From Treponemataceae bacterium (GTDB lineage Bacteria > Spirochaetota > Spirochaetia > Treponematales > Rectinemataceae): DNA of 64,000 bases. The stretch lies in the NCBI GenBank assembly GCA_963678065.2, contig CAXXVZ010000003.1, positions 800,001-864,000 on the forward strand, in the 5' to 3' direction. How positions within the stretch are numbered: position 1 is the stretch's first letter; every line of letters begins with the position of its first letter. Both the position numbers and the translations under genes were made by a program. Under the pieces are notes generated by a model, which ran no database searches, was not told where the DNA came from, and saw only the letters and a program-made list of their open reading frames with translations. Of the stretch, positions 48,349 through 57,874 are shown piece after piece.

Positions 48349-49263
48349 TCACGCGTACCAAACGACATGGCCTGAGGAGTCTTCGATTCTGTTCCAGCAC
48401 CAGCTGAGATTCCCTTCCATCCCCCGGCGGTTGACAAAATTCTCAGCAACTCTCTCCATGAGCGCAAGACCTCCTTTGGCCAGCAGCATTTCGCCTATCT
48501 CTCGCCCACGTCTGTGTCTTCCTTCTGTGTTATATGCTTCGGTAGAACCACCAATCAACCCATCTGCCTTGTCGATTGCCAGAAGCTCATCAACGTATTG
48601 ATCCAGTTCCGCGCCTAGGCTGTAAGCTTGGGCGAGATCGGTTCCGTGTTCGTCCTCGTGACTTCTCAGCGCCGCGGTCAGACACCTTGAACACGCGACC
48701 CAGAGAGGACGGCCGTCGCCGCCGCTCAAGTAGGACAATGTGGACGCGTTGCGCCCGAGATCCCTCTCAAAGTCGGCCCGTCGATCCTCAGGGATTGTCA
48801 TAAATACCGTGCGCTCAAAGCCGATAGCCATGCAGAAGTTGCATCGCATCTGGGAATCGAGGCGAAATGGCCAGCCATCCCACTCGACACAAAACGTGCG
48901 GCCGCAACTCGGGCATCCAACTTGGATGACATAGTTGGCCTTCGGGTTCTCCTGTTGTCGATTGACATACCACGCAACTTCGCGACCTCGTTCTGGGAAG
49001 ACAACATCGTACGCCACCTTCCCACACCAGGGGCACTGCGGATTTTCTAGAGAGATGCCTTGATATCCGAAGAAGACTTCAACCTGCTTAGGAGTCCAGC
49101 CCACAGGGCAGCCCGGCCGATCTTCGCAAGGGACTTGCACAGGGGTCTTGCAGGCAGGACAAACCAAGCTTGTTCCATAGGCAGGGTTCCTCCGGGGTAG
49201 TGTCACGTTCTCGCCACATGAGCGACAGCGCGTTGTCCAAGTAGTCTCCGAGGTATCTGTCAT
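48349..49263 (-). CDS. Cassette-borne multi-CxxC zinc-binding protein
   Basis: AAGGAG RBS after R' GTTAGGC; six CxxC motifs; start reassigned to MTDTSETT. Confidence 0.65.
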   Translation of the reverse strand: MTDTSETTWTTRCRSCGENVTLPRRNPAYGTSLVCPACKTPVQVPCEDRPGCPVGWTPKQVEVFFGYQGISLENPQCPWCGKVAYDVVFPERGREVAWYVNRQQENPKANYVIQVGCPSCGRTFCVEWDGWPFRLDSQMRCNFCMAIGFERTVFMTIPEDRRADFERDLGRNASTLSYLSGGDGRPLWVACSRCLTAALRSHEDEHGTDLAQAYSLGAELDQYVDELLAIDKADGLIGGSTEAYNTEGRHRRGREIGEMLLAKGGLALMERVAENFVNRRGMEGNLSWCWNRIEDSSGHVVWYA

Positions 49264-49281
49264 TCGTGGTCTCCTTAGTGT

Positions 49282-49335
49282 GCCTAACATTATCGTTCTA
49301 TCCTGCGGAATCGAGCGACAAACGACTCTCGTTGC
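49282..49335 (-). other. attC right half related to the attC at 51771-51880
   Basis: Shares AACATTA..TTCTATCCTGCGGAATCG..ACGA.TCTCG.TGC with 51775-51824. Confidence 0.7.
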
Positions 49336-49339
49336 GCCG

Positions 49340-49480
49340 AAGGATAGCGGCACAAATAGAATGTTTTGAACAACCGGGCCACAGACCGCACGTTGGCGAA
49401 ATAACCAAGAAGCAAATGGAACTCTACAAATCACTCGGAGTAGAGACCCCGACCAAGGTATAATTGAATGGGAACTCAGG
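49340..49480 (+). mobile_element. IS1634-family right-end remnant
   Basis: GEITKKQMELYKSLGV C-terminus and terminal GGGAACTCAGG. Confidence 0.65.
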
Positions 49481-49865
49481 ATACAACAGCCCGGTACCAT
49501 TTCACGCCGCCTTAATGCCGGAGGCCGTCCACCCAGTACACAGGTTTCCCGATGGACTCTTTTCACAGTGCACACGCTAATCACTGCTTTTGACCTCGTC
49601 AAACTCACTTTCGACACTTCTTCGGACGGTTCACTTTCGTTCGTCTCCTGATACCACACCTGACCCCGTCATGCAGGGCCTTTTCCAGATACGTTCACCA
49701 CCGGGACTCTTTATCCAAGCAGCTTCTGGCGGTTTGAGACCGGCTCCTGTAAGCAGATCCCAAGGCTCCCGTTTCCTTGCGAAAATGGTTCCTCATCTGT
49801 CGCATAGCTCCTATGACACCTCCTGAATCTCCATTCAAAGGTGCCCATCAGATCTCGTGGCACAC
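49481..49865 (-). mobile_element. Group II intron 5' remnant (class D-like domain I)
   Basis: 5' GTGTGCCACG; gaaagtgaaccgtccgaagaagtgtcgaaa and ggacggcctccggcattaaggcggcgtga motifs; cut by the IS1634 remnant. Confidence 0.7.
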
Positions 49866-49879
49866 AGCGGGTGTTAGGC
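49866..49879 (-). other. attC R'' end interrupted by the intron
   Basis: GCCTAAC-ACCCGCT immediately followed by the intron 5' GTGTG. Confidence 0.6.
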
Positions 49880-50008
49880 CACTCAGATTTATGATAATCT
49901 CTATGTCTTTTTAGTCATGATTGTCTATTGCTGTTGCATGTAGTTTTTGTCTGCTAACGCTTTTGGCATGTATCTGGTAACAGTATTACTTCTTCCTTGT
50001 AATACACG

Positions 50009-50425
50009 TCATATTTTAATATTCAAATATAGTAATGCAATACTGGCAAACAATAAAAGCATCAAAATAACATTGCAGAGATTTGGTATATGGTACCCTA
50101 TGATCTTCCTTCTAGATTTATTCTTTCCCAATTTTGTTCTTGCCAAGTCGTCAATATCTATTGCAGGATGTTTTTTATTTTCTGTTCTCAGTCTCTCATC
50201 AATAATCAGATCTAATTTGTATTGCGACCTTTTGATTGTTTCCGCCATTAGTATGCAAATGGTTAAGCCGATACCCAATATGACGACACTAATCCAAGGA
50301 TTCACGCCCAGTGAAGCAACAGCACCTCCTATAATGATGGAGAAGAAGGTAAGAAAAAAATTGAATCTTTGACATAAAAGATTTTCCAAAAACGCCCTTT
50401 CATCACTCATGCTCCATTCTGACAT
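50009..50425 (-). CDS. Small multi-TM membrane protein
   Basis: GGAGG RBS; ENLLCQRFNFFLTFF, three hydrophobic helices; AT-rich. Confidence 0.65.
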   Translation of the reverse strand: MSEWSMSDERAFLENLLCQRFNFFLTFFSIIIGGAVASLGVNPWISVVILGIGLTICILMAETIKRSQYKLDLIIDERLRTENKKHPAIDIDDLARTKLGKNKSRRKIIGYHIPNLCNVILMLLLFASIALLYLNIKI

Positions 50426-50523
50426 ACTTCCTCCATATAAGAGAAAAGGATCGAAGTTTGCTTCATAAAAACCTATTTGCCCGACTGTGCGTCAGATTCA
50501 TTTTTCCTTTTTTTCTTTAAAAA

Positions 50524-51741
50524 TCAAGTTTTCTTTCTATTGCTCATTTGTTGCAGAAGAAATGTAGTTGTGGCAAAGACTCTTGCTTTTCGATACTTAC
50601 AGCATAGCCTTCCTAGTACGCGAGGTTTTTCAAACCGCTTTTGTTGGTATCCGATTTCTTTTGTAGCCAATTTCTGCATAATTTTCATGTCCATAAAGCA
50701 AATGACCGATTTCATGCAAGAACATGAAGGTAATAGCTATTGTAAATATATTATTTGCAAAACCTATGAACAATTCCGATTCACTAGTAGGATTTCCAAC
50801 AAAGTCCGGAGATGGAAGTCCGTTTGGCCAATCTGAAAATCCATTTAAAGCTATTTGCATACAATAATTTTTCATCATATAAATATGATGATTCATTCCG
50901 TCGGTATCTGGTAAAAACTCTGCATCGGGATTAACGAGCAATAGTTCATTTGTTTTTTCTTGAAAAGCGAATCAACTACCCCGCAGCAAGCTGCGGGGTA
51001 TGAAGAAGCTCTATTCAAACAACGCTAGCTGTTTGCTCTGATATATTGATTCATACTCTACGGGATTCCTTCCTTGATTCTTCACATATTCCGTTATTGT
51101 TTCTTCATTGCCATACTTCCCTACTGTGCCTACATAGTACCCTTTCGTCCACAATTCTCCACCCCATAATATTCTTTTTACTTCTGGCCTTCGTGCAAAT
51201 AGCTCTCTCGCGGTTATACTTTTTATTGTTTGCACTATTTGTTTTGGACTACTTGTTGGTACTGATTGTACTAGAAAATGTACATGATCTTTTTCTGTTC
51301 CTATCTCCAAAAAATGTATTTCATATCTGTTTTCAATTTCTAAACAAATTTTCTTTATTTCATCTTCAACATCATTCGTTATTACTACTCTTCTATACTT
51401 TGCAGGACATACTATGTGATACATCAACACTGACACATTATGGCTCTTATGGATAAACTCACTCATACTCTATTTTACTACGACGCAGCAAGCTGCGGGG
51501 AATTATACCCGTAGAGATTGAAAAATAACAAAACACCACAAATAGTTTAAAAACTTTCTGACACACAAATTTGTTTCGTTTCATAAACAAACTTAGGTCC
51601 ATAAAACTTTTTTAAATCTGGATCTACATATATTCTTCGATTAATTTTGCCTGTTAAACTTGAATGTAATGCAATCACATCCGAGTTTATACTTTCAAAT
51701 TTTGAAAGAATGTTCACTTTTAATGCCATTACTGGCGTCAT
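50524..51741 (-). pseudogene. Lit-like (peptidase U49) phage exclusion protein, disrupted by IS200 and frameshifts
   Basis: Reconstructed ESFLNYLWCFCYFSIAF and FMFLHEIGH zincin motif; 3' end approximate. Confidence 0.55.
50971..51517 (-). mobile_element. tnpA: IS200 element (tnpA only), copy 1; CDS 51011..51466
   Basis: HUH DHVHFL, LWTKGYYVGTVG, EYVKNQ; subterminal CGCAGCTTGCTGCG hairpins; 547 bp, no TSD. Confidence 0.92.
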
Positions 51742-51770
51742 CTTTTTCCCTTTTTTCGCGCGAAGCGTCC

Positions 51771-51880
51771 ACCCAACATTAGCATTCTATCCTGCGGAAT
51801 CGCGCAACACACGATTCTCGATGCACTACAGGAGGGTGGCACACCGAGAATTCGATTCTGCAGGATAGAACGTGTTGCAC
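51771..51880 (-). other. Atypical attC-like site of the recombinase/Y2 cassette
   Basis: Minus strand GTGCAAC-acg-TTCTATCCTGCAGAATCG...CGATTCCGCAGGATAGAA-tgctaat-GTTGGGT. Confidence 0.7.
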
Positions 51881-52172
51881 TGAACCGTCGTCCCCTATGG
51901 GTACTGTATCAAGTCTTCACATCAAATTGAAGAACAATCCGGGGTTTCTCGGTACTACAAGGCGGGAAATGAGAGGAGACGCGCGTAACGGGACGATTTT
52001 TTTTATTAACGGGCATGTACACGGCAGTACGATTTTTATCCGTAAGCGTGATCATGGGCAATGCCTTATTCAGAGCAGTTTTTACCTGCCGGGAATTGTG
52101 AGGGGATGAAGGGAATACAGGCACAATGGGCGGATGTTCGGTGAAATTCGGACTCAGGAGTCACACCCTCGT

Positions 52173-53381
52173 TCAGGCAAACACCGCCCTGTTCGGTTCC
52201 GGTCCATGGATTTCCCGCAGGAACGCAAGCCGCGATGTGAGCCAATGCGGCCCCGATGACGACACCCCGATCGGATGGTGAATGCTCAGAGGCAGTCCGC
52301 ATCGCGGGCAGCGGGAAACGGCGCACGGTTCGACGCGGGGAGCCTCCATCGCGCTCCCGTGTGCCGGGAATTCGTCGGTTTCAGGCCGGTTCGGGAGTGA
52401 ATCGGACGAGGATGCGATGAGCGCACGCACGCGGACAAGGGAAGCGGTCCGGTCCCGGTTCCCCATGAAGCCGAAATAGCGGATCTTCCGCAGTCCTTTG
52501 GGCAGGATGTGCAGGGTGAACTTTCGGATGAACTCGTCACAGGACAGGCTCATCACTCTTCTCGCATGCCCCGCGGCGCGGTCGATCCACGAAAAACTCA
52601 CTCTCTCCTGAGTGGCACAGACGATGCGGGGTTCGCTGATGCCGACGCGATGCGTGTAGCGGCCCAAGTATTTGACCACCTGGCCGGGACCACCGAAGGG
52701 TGGCTTGGCATAGACGACGAAGTCCTTGCGAGCGGCAGCGCACACCGCATCGCGGAGCACCGATTCGTCGCCGCACAGGTCATGTCTGCCGATGGACTGC
52801 TCAAGACGGCTCAGGAGTTTGCCGCGAAACACCGCTGACAGGCGCTTGACCGAAACGAGGTAGGTGGGGTTCCCCGCTATCCAGCGCGAGAAGTCGGACG
52901 AAATACCTCCTGTGGGTACGATACAATGGATGTGCGGGTGGAAAGCGAGCTTCTGGTTCCAGGTGTGGAGGATGGACATGCCGCCCACGCGGGCACCGAG
53001 GTTGGCGGGATTGGCGCAGACATCCTTAAGGGTTTCGTGGACCGAGAGGAAGAGCGCCCGGTAGAATGCGTGGCGGTTGGAAAGGGCAAGGTAGTGCAGT
53101 TCGTGGGGGACCGTGAAGACCACATGGAAGTACCCGCAGGGTAAGAGTTCGCCAAGGCGCGCGCGCACCCAGCGCGCACACGCGGCACCTTGGCAGAGCG
53201 GGCAATGCCGGTCACGACAGGAATTGTAGTGAACCTCGCGGTGCCCGCACTCGCACGAAAGAACATTCCCTCCGAGTCGCTCCGTCTTGCAGTCGGCTAT
53301 GTGAGAGAGGACGCTCCGTTCCTGACCGGTGAGCCAGGAGAGCGCCATCCCCCGCCGCGCTATGTCGCCTAGTGCGCTCAT
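52173..53381 (-). CDS. IS91-family (Y2 HUH) transposase
   Basis: YNSCRDRHCPLCQ Zn finger, YFHVVFTVP, HTWNQKLAFHPHIHC HUH, YLGRYTHR Y2 motif; ATGA coupling to the recombinase. Confidence 0.9.
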   Translation of the reverse strand: MSALGDIARRGMALSWLTGQERSVLSHIADCKTERLGGNVLSCECGHREVHYNSCRDRHCPLCQGAACARWVRARLGELLPCGYFHVVFTVPHELHYLALSNRHAFYRALFLSVHETLKDVCANPANLGARVGGMSILHTWNQKLAFHPHIHCIVPTGGISSDFSRWIAGNPTYLVSVKRLSAVFRGKLLSRLEQSIGRHDLCGDESVLRDAVCAAARKDFVVYAKPPFGGPGQVVKYLGRYTHRVGISEPRIVCATQERVSFSWIDRAAGHARRVMSLSCDEFIRKFTLHILPKGLRKIRYFGFMGNRDRTASLVRVRALIASSSDSLPNRPETDEFPAHGSAMEAPRVEPCAVSRCPRCGLPLSIHHPIGVSSSGPHWLTSRLAFLREIHGPEPNRAVFA

Positions 53382-54265
53382 CGGGGCTTTCCCGCGGAGT
53401 GCACACCTGGTGCCGGGAGATGGTCGAGGGGGTTGCGGACACTCTGGAGATGATGCGTCGCCACGTGCAGGTACACTTCCGTCGTCTGGATGGAGCTGTG
53501 ACCGAGCATGGACTGGATGGTGCGCAGGTCGGTGTGGTCTTCGAGTAGGTGGGTTGCGAAGCAATGCCGGAGCGTGTGCGGCGAGATATGCTTCTCGATT
53601 CCGGCTTTTCGTGCGATAGCGGGGACCATCCTCTGGATACCACTCGGATCCAGCGGGCCATCGTTCTTGGCACCCGGGAAGAGCCAGGTTTTCGGCTTGA
53701 CGAGGCACGAGCGATAATAGGCTCGCAATATCCCGAGGAGGTGGGAACTGAGCTGGACATGCCGATCCTTGCCACCTTTGCCTTGCCGGACGTGCACGAG
53801 CATCATCGTACTGTCGATGTCGGGTATCTGGAGCTTGACCAATTCGCCAAGGCGCAGGCCGGTGGAGTACAGCGTGGCGATGATCGCATAGTACTTGGGA
53901 TTCAGCCGCGCGGTTTCCAGAAGAGCTGCTACCTCTTCTTTGGACAGTATGGACGGAAATCGCCTTCGTCTGCGCTGGAACGGAATGTGTTTGACCGTGA
54001 AATCGCAGGTGCGCACGTTCTTGAAATAGAACCTGAGGGCGCAGACCATCTGGTTGAAGAGAGACCAAGATACTTTTTCTTCATTGACGAGATGATACTG
54101 CCACTCCTGGATGTCGGCCGATGTGACACAGGCGATCGGCTTGTCAAGCTGTTCAAGGTACCGCTTGAGGACGGAGACATAGGTGCTGATGGTCTTGGTG
54201 GCGTAGTTGCGGATGACCAGCGCTTTGCGCATGGCTTCGAGTTCGAGTGCGAGTTCGTAGTGCAT
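53378..54265 (-). CDS. Tyrosine recombinase (SAM-like N-domain, XerD/IntI-related, no IntI-specific insert)
   Basis: YSTGLRLGE, QGKGGKDR, HTLRHCFATHLLE, LGHSSIQTTEVY; GGAGGT RBS. Confidence 0.9.
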   Translation of the reverse strand: MHYELALELEAMRKALVIRNYATKTISTYVSVLKRYLEQLDKPIACVTSADIQEWQYHLVNEEKVSWSLFNQMVCALRFYFKNVRTCDFTVKHIPFQRRRRRFPSILSKEEVAALLETARLNPKYYAIIATLYSTGLRLGELVKLQIPDIDSTMMLVHVRQGKGGKDRHVQLSSHLLGILRAYYRSCLVKPKTWLFPGAKNDGPLDPSGIQRMVPAIARKAGIEKHISPHTLRHCFATHLLEDHTDLRTIQSMLGHSSIQTTEVYLHVATHHLQSVRNPLDHLPAPGVHSAGKPR

Positions 54266-54376
54266 TGGATACCTCCGGCGTGATGATGCCAGAAGTATCC
54301 GTGGTCTATGAATGTGCCCGAACCTCGCAAAAGGTAGGAATGAAAGCGAATCCTCCACCGCTGGTACAGCGGTTTA

Positions 54377-54488
54377 GTGCAACATTGATTTAACCTGCAA
54401 AGGCGAATTGGCGCGCGTTGTGCTAAGGAGCGAAGCGATTGCACAACGCGTGACAAACGCTTTTGTCAGGTTGAAATCTTTGTTAGGC
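54377..54488 (-). other. attC site
   Basis: Minus strand GCCTAAC-aaagatttcaacctgacaaaagcg...cgcttcgctc...cgcctttgcaggttaaatcaat-GTTGCAC. Confidence 0.85.
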
Positions 54489-54530
54489 GACTTTGATTGA
54501 TATAAAACACTTGATTTATAATATTCATAA

Positions 54531-56282
54531 CCTGAAATCCCGGGAATGATTTAACCTACAAGACTTTTTACGCACAGAACAGGAATAATTCCTACTATTA
54601 TCACGACATACATAGTGACAGGTCCTTCAGGTGTAGGCATAATGTGTTTAACCTACACAAAGAGGGACTGCCATGTCATGCATAGTCCACCAGAAAGTCG
54701 GTCAGCACACCTACCTGTATGAGTCAGTCTCCTACCGTGATGAACGGGGTAAGCCACGGGCGCATCGGGTTCCCATCGGAAAACTAGACCCGGACACGGG
54801 GCAGGAAATCTACAAGCAGGAATACGTGTCGCGTATGGTAGCAGCGGGAACTCCGATCGCTGTCTATTCGCCACCACCGACTTTCACAGAACAGGATGTG
54901 CAGAAATCCTCAGTCCTGCATACCGGCATGGCCCTTTTGTTGAAGCAGTGTGCACAACAAACCGGACTTTCCGAAGTTTTGCGCGATGCATTCCCCCAGA
55001 CACACGAACTTTTATTTGCACGTGCCTGCCACATCGTCTGCCGCGGGGAACCGTCCGCATATTGCGAGCAGTGGCTGGAAGACACCGACCTCGCAGTTCC
55101 CGCCCGGCTCAGCTCGCAACGGATTTCGGATCTTGTGTCTTCACTGCCAGCATCCCAGGTTCTGCGGTTTTATCAGGCATGGGTCGCCACGCGCAGTGAA
55201 CAGGAATATCTGGCGCTGGATATCACCAGCATCTCGTCGTATTCACAGCTCATCGACGATGTGGACTGGGGATACAATCGCGATCAGGAAAAACTGCCAC
55301 AAGTGAATATCTGTCTGCTCACCGGGGAAGAGTCACACCTTCCCGTGCGCATGGTTGTCTATGACGGAAGCATCAAGGACGTGAACACCCTGAGAACGAC
55401 GATGGCCGGTCTCACCGACGGTATCGGATCAAAGGTTCGCATCGTCACCGACAAGGGCTTCACCAGCAAACGGAATATCGAAGCCATGCTCGCGTTCGGG
55501 AATGTGGAGTTCATCATGGCCCTCCCGTTCACGCTCACCTTTGCGGAAAACCAGGTGCGCAGCGAGAAAAAGGATATCGCGGATATCCGGAATACCATGA
55601 TGAGCGGCAGCGATGTCTTCTATGGCGTGACCAAGCGGCGTACATGGGGCACAACGGAGCTGTATACCCACATCTGCTATAACGAGGTGAAAGCGACTCG
55701 TGAACGGAACCATCTGTATGGCTATGTCGCGAACCTGCGATCGCAGGCGCTGTGCGACCCGTGGAACGAGAAACTGAAAGCCGAGTTTGCAGAATATCTC
55801 ATCATCAGAAAATCGGAGAAGCGAGAGGATGGAGTCACGGTTACCATCCGCCAGGATGTGGTGGACGAGCATCTGGCTCATGCCGGGTGGATGGTGTGCG
55901 TGAGCAATTCCGTGGATACCGTGCAGGAAGCGATCAGGATCTACCGGGCAAAGGATGTGGTGGAAAAAAGCTTTCTGCGCACCAAGAACAGCCTGGGTAT
56001 CAACCGGCTACGGGTACACTCCCAGCAAGCGATGGATGGAATGATGCTGGTAGCCTTCATCGCATTGATTCTCAACAGTCATATCCATCGGATCATGCTG
56101 GAGAAAAACCTATACCGGAACATGAGCATGACGGATCTGGTGAAAACGATGGAGAAACTCAAGGTCATGGTCATCGGTGATACGCGAATCGATTTCCCTG
56201 CTACCAAGAAGCAAAAAGAGATTGCAGAGGCTTTCGGTCTCACGAGCCTTTCTGTAGGTTAAATAATAGGCGGGATTTTAGG
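54531..56282 (+). mobile_element. IS1634-family element; transposase CDS 54673..56262
   Basis: IRs CCTGAAATCCCG/CGGGATTTTAGG, 6-bp TSD TCATAA; LDITSISSYS, DKGF, YRAKDVVEKSF. Confidence 0.92.
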
Positions 56283-57133
56283 TCATAACTATTATTCTCC
56301 CCTACTTTCTTACAAGATTCCTGATATGAAGTGACCCGTCAAGTGAGAATCGTTTTCGCCTTTTCTTTTTCACCTCTCTCTTTCCGGCAGGGTCGCCCGA
56401 GCAAAGGCCGAAGAAGCTGTAGCCGACGGTTGATCACTCTGATATTCGTGGGTTCGCCCCGAAGGGTTGCCAACATGGTCGTGAATTCGTCGGGAGCTGC
56501 CTCGGACTAGGTGCGCGAGTCCGGCCGATGAAGGCTTGTCGCATAGGAACCGCGAGGATTCTCCTTTCCGCGTGCCCTTCAGCCTTTGCCCGCACGACCC
56601 TGCCATCATGTACGTCCCTCTCCTTTCCGCGTTTAAGCAGCCGTTTTCCGCTCGACCGCGACGCCAATCGCCCAAATGAAACCAAGCATTTCCCGCGCCA
56701 CCGCCGTGACAACCTGCTGCTTGTTCTTGCCCCTCGCCAAGAGTCTCGCGTAGCGACTATGAAGTCGGTGCCGTGCCTTCGTCGCGATCTCCTGTATTTC
56801 CGGTGCCAGGTGCTCTTGTCGAGCTTTCATGACCCTGCTCAGTAGCGGTCTGTACCGTTGTGACCACGCAGCCTCGACGATGATCCTCCTGAGGTGCGCG
56901 TTCCCGGTCTTTGTGATTCTCCCTCGCTGGGTCCGTTCGCCGCTGGAGTTTTCGCTCGCGACCGCTCCCGAATGCCCCATGAGCTGCCGCAGGATCGAAA
57001 ACCGGGTCAGCTGTCCTACCTCCGCTACAATCGTTACCGCCGATACCTTGGCGATGCCACGAAGCGCCTGCATGGAAATGGCAAGTAGTTTTCCCCACCA
57101 TATGGCAACTAGGAATCCCCACCCGGTAGAGGG

Positions 57134-57874
57134 TTATTCCTCCTTCTTTGCAGAGATGCGATATGACTCCCCTGACAGGGAGAAAATCTTTGCGTGATGC
57201 ATGAGACGATCCAACAGGGCTGCGGTCATAACCTCGTCGCCCATGAGTTCTGACCAAGAGTTCAGGTCCTTGTTGCTCGTCACGACGATAGAGGCACGTT
57301 CATAGAGATCCGAGACGAAGGTGAAAAAGAGATTGGCTTCCTTGCGCTCGATAGGAGTGTAGCCAATCTCATCAATGATCATGAGGTTGGCCTTCGCGAG
57401 CCGGCTTAGCCTGAACTGAGCGCTGCGTGCGGCGTCAGAGCGCACGAGGAGCTTCACCAGTGAGGTCATGCGCTCGTAACAAACCGAATAGCCTTTGCGT
57501 ACGGCCACATGGCCAAGAGCGATTGCGAGATGGGTCTTTCCGAGTCCAGGAGGCCCGAAGAGCAGAAGGTTCTCGTGACGGTCTATCCAAGAGCACTCGG
57601 TGAGCTCAGAGAGGTCTCGTTTTCCAATTCCTGCTACTCGGCCGAGTTTGAAATCCTCGAGGCGCTTTACGACGGGAAAATGGGCCATGGCGAGGCCTCG
57701 TTTGAGGCGCCTGTCGCCGCGATCCTGTAGTTCGACGTCCACGAGGGTCTCGAGGAAGGCAAGGCATGTCAGTCCCCCGCTTTCAGCTTGTTTAAGAAGC
57801 TCAGGAAGCCGTGACGACGCGCCACGAAGCCGCAGGGACTCCAGTTTACGAGCGGATTCTGCGAGGGCGCTCAT
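57134..57874 (-). CDS. istB: IS21 helper ATPase
   Basis: GPPGLGKTHLA, IIDEIGY, LDRLMHH, GESYR. Confidence 0.92.
   Translation of the reverse strand: MSALAESARKLESLRLRGASSRLPELLKQAESGGLTCLAFLETLVDVELQDRGDRRLKRGLAMAHFPVVKRLEDFKLGRVAGIGKRDLSELTECSWIDRHENLLLFGPPGLGKTHLAIALGHVAVRKGYSVCYERMTSLVKLLVRSDAARSAQFRLSRLAKANLMIIDEIGYTPIERKEANLFFTFVSDLYERASIVVTSNKDLNSWSELMGDEVMTAALLDRLMHHAKIFSLSGESYRISAKKEE

Noticed and set aside
48349..49659. 436-aa ORF as given in the ORF track
   Set aside because: The N-terminal extension runs through intron, IS1634 and attC relics; the true start is 49263 with an AAGGAG RBS
50971..51517. TnpB/OMEGA RNA-guided nuclease associated with IS200
   Set aside because: All three copies are 547 bp and encode tnpA only
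52173..54068. 631-aa fused ORF as given in the ORF track
   Set aside because: The upstream part is an out-of-frame shadow of the recombinase; the real start is the ATG at 53381 overlapping the recombinase stop
53378..54265. Integron integrase IntI with attI
   Set aside because: Lacks the IntI-specific insertion, is co-oriented within the array and is coupled to a Y2 transposase; no intI is seen in the window
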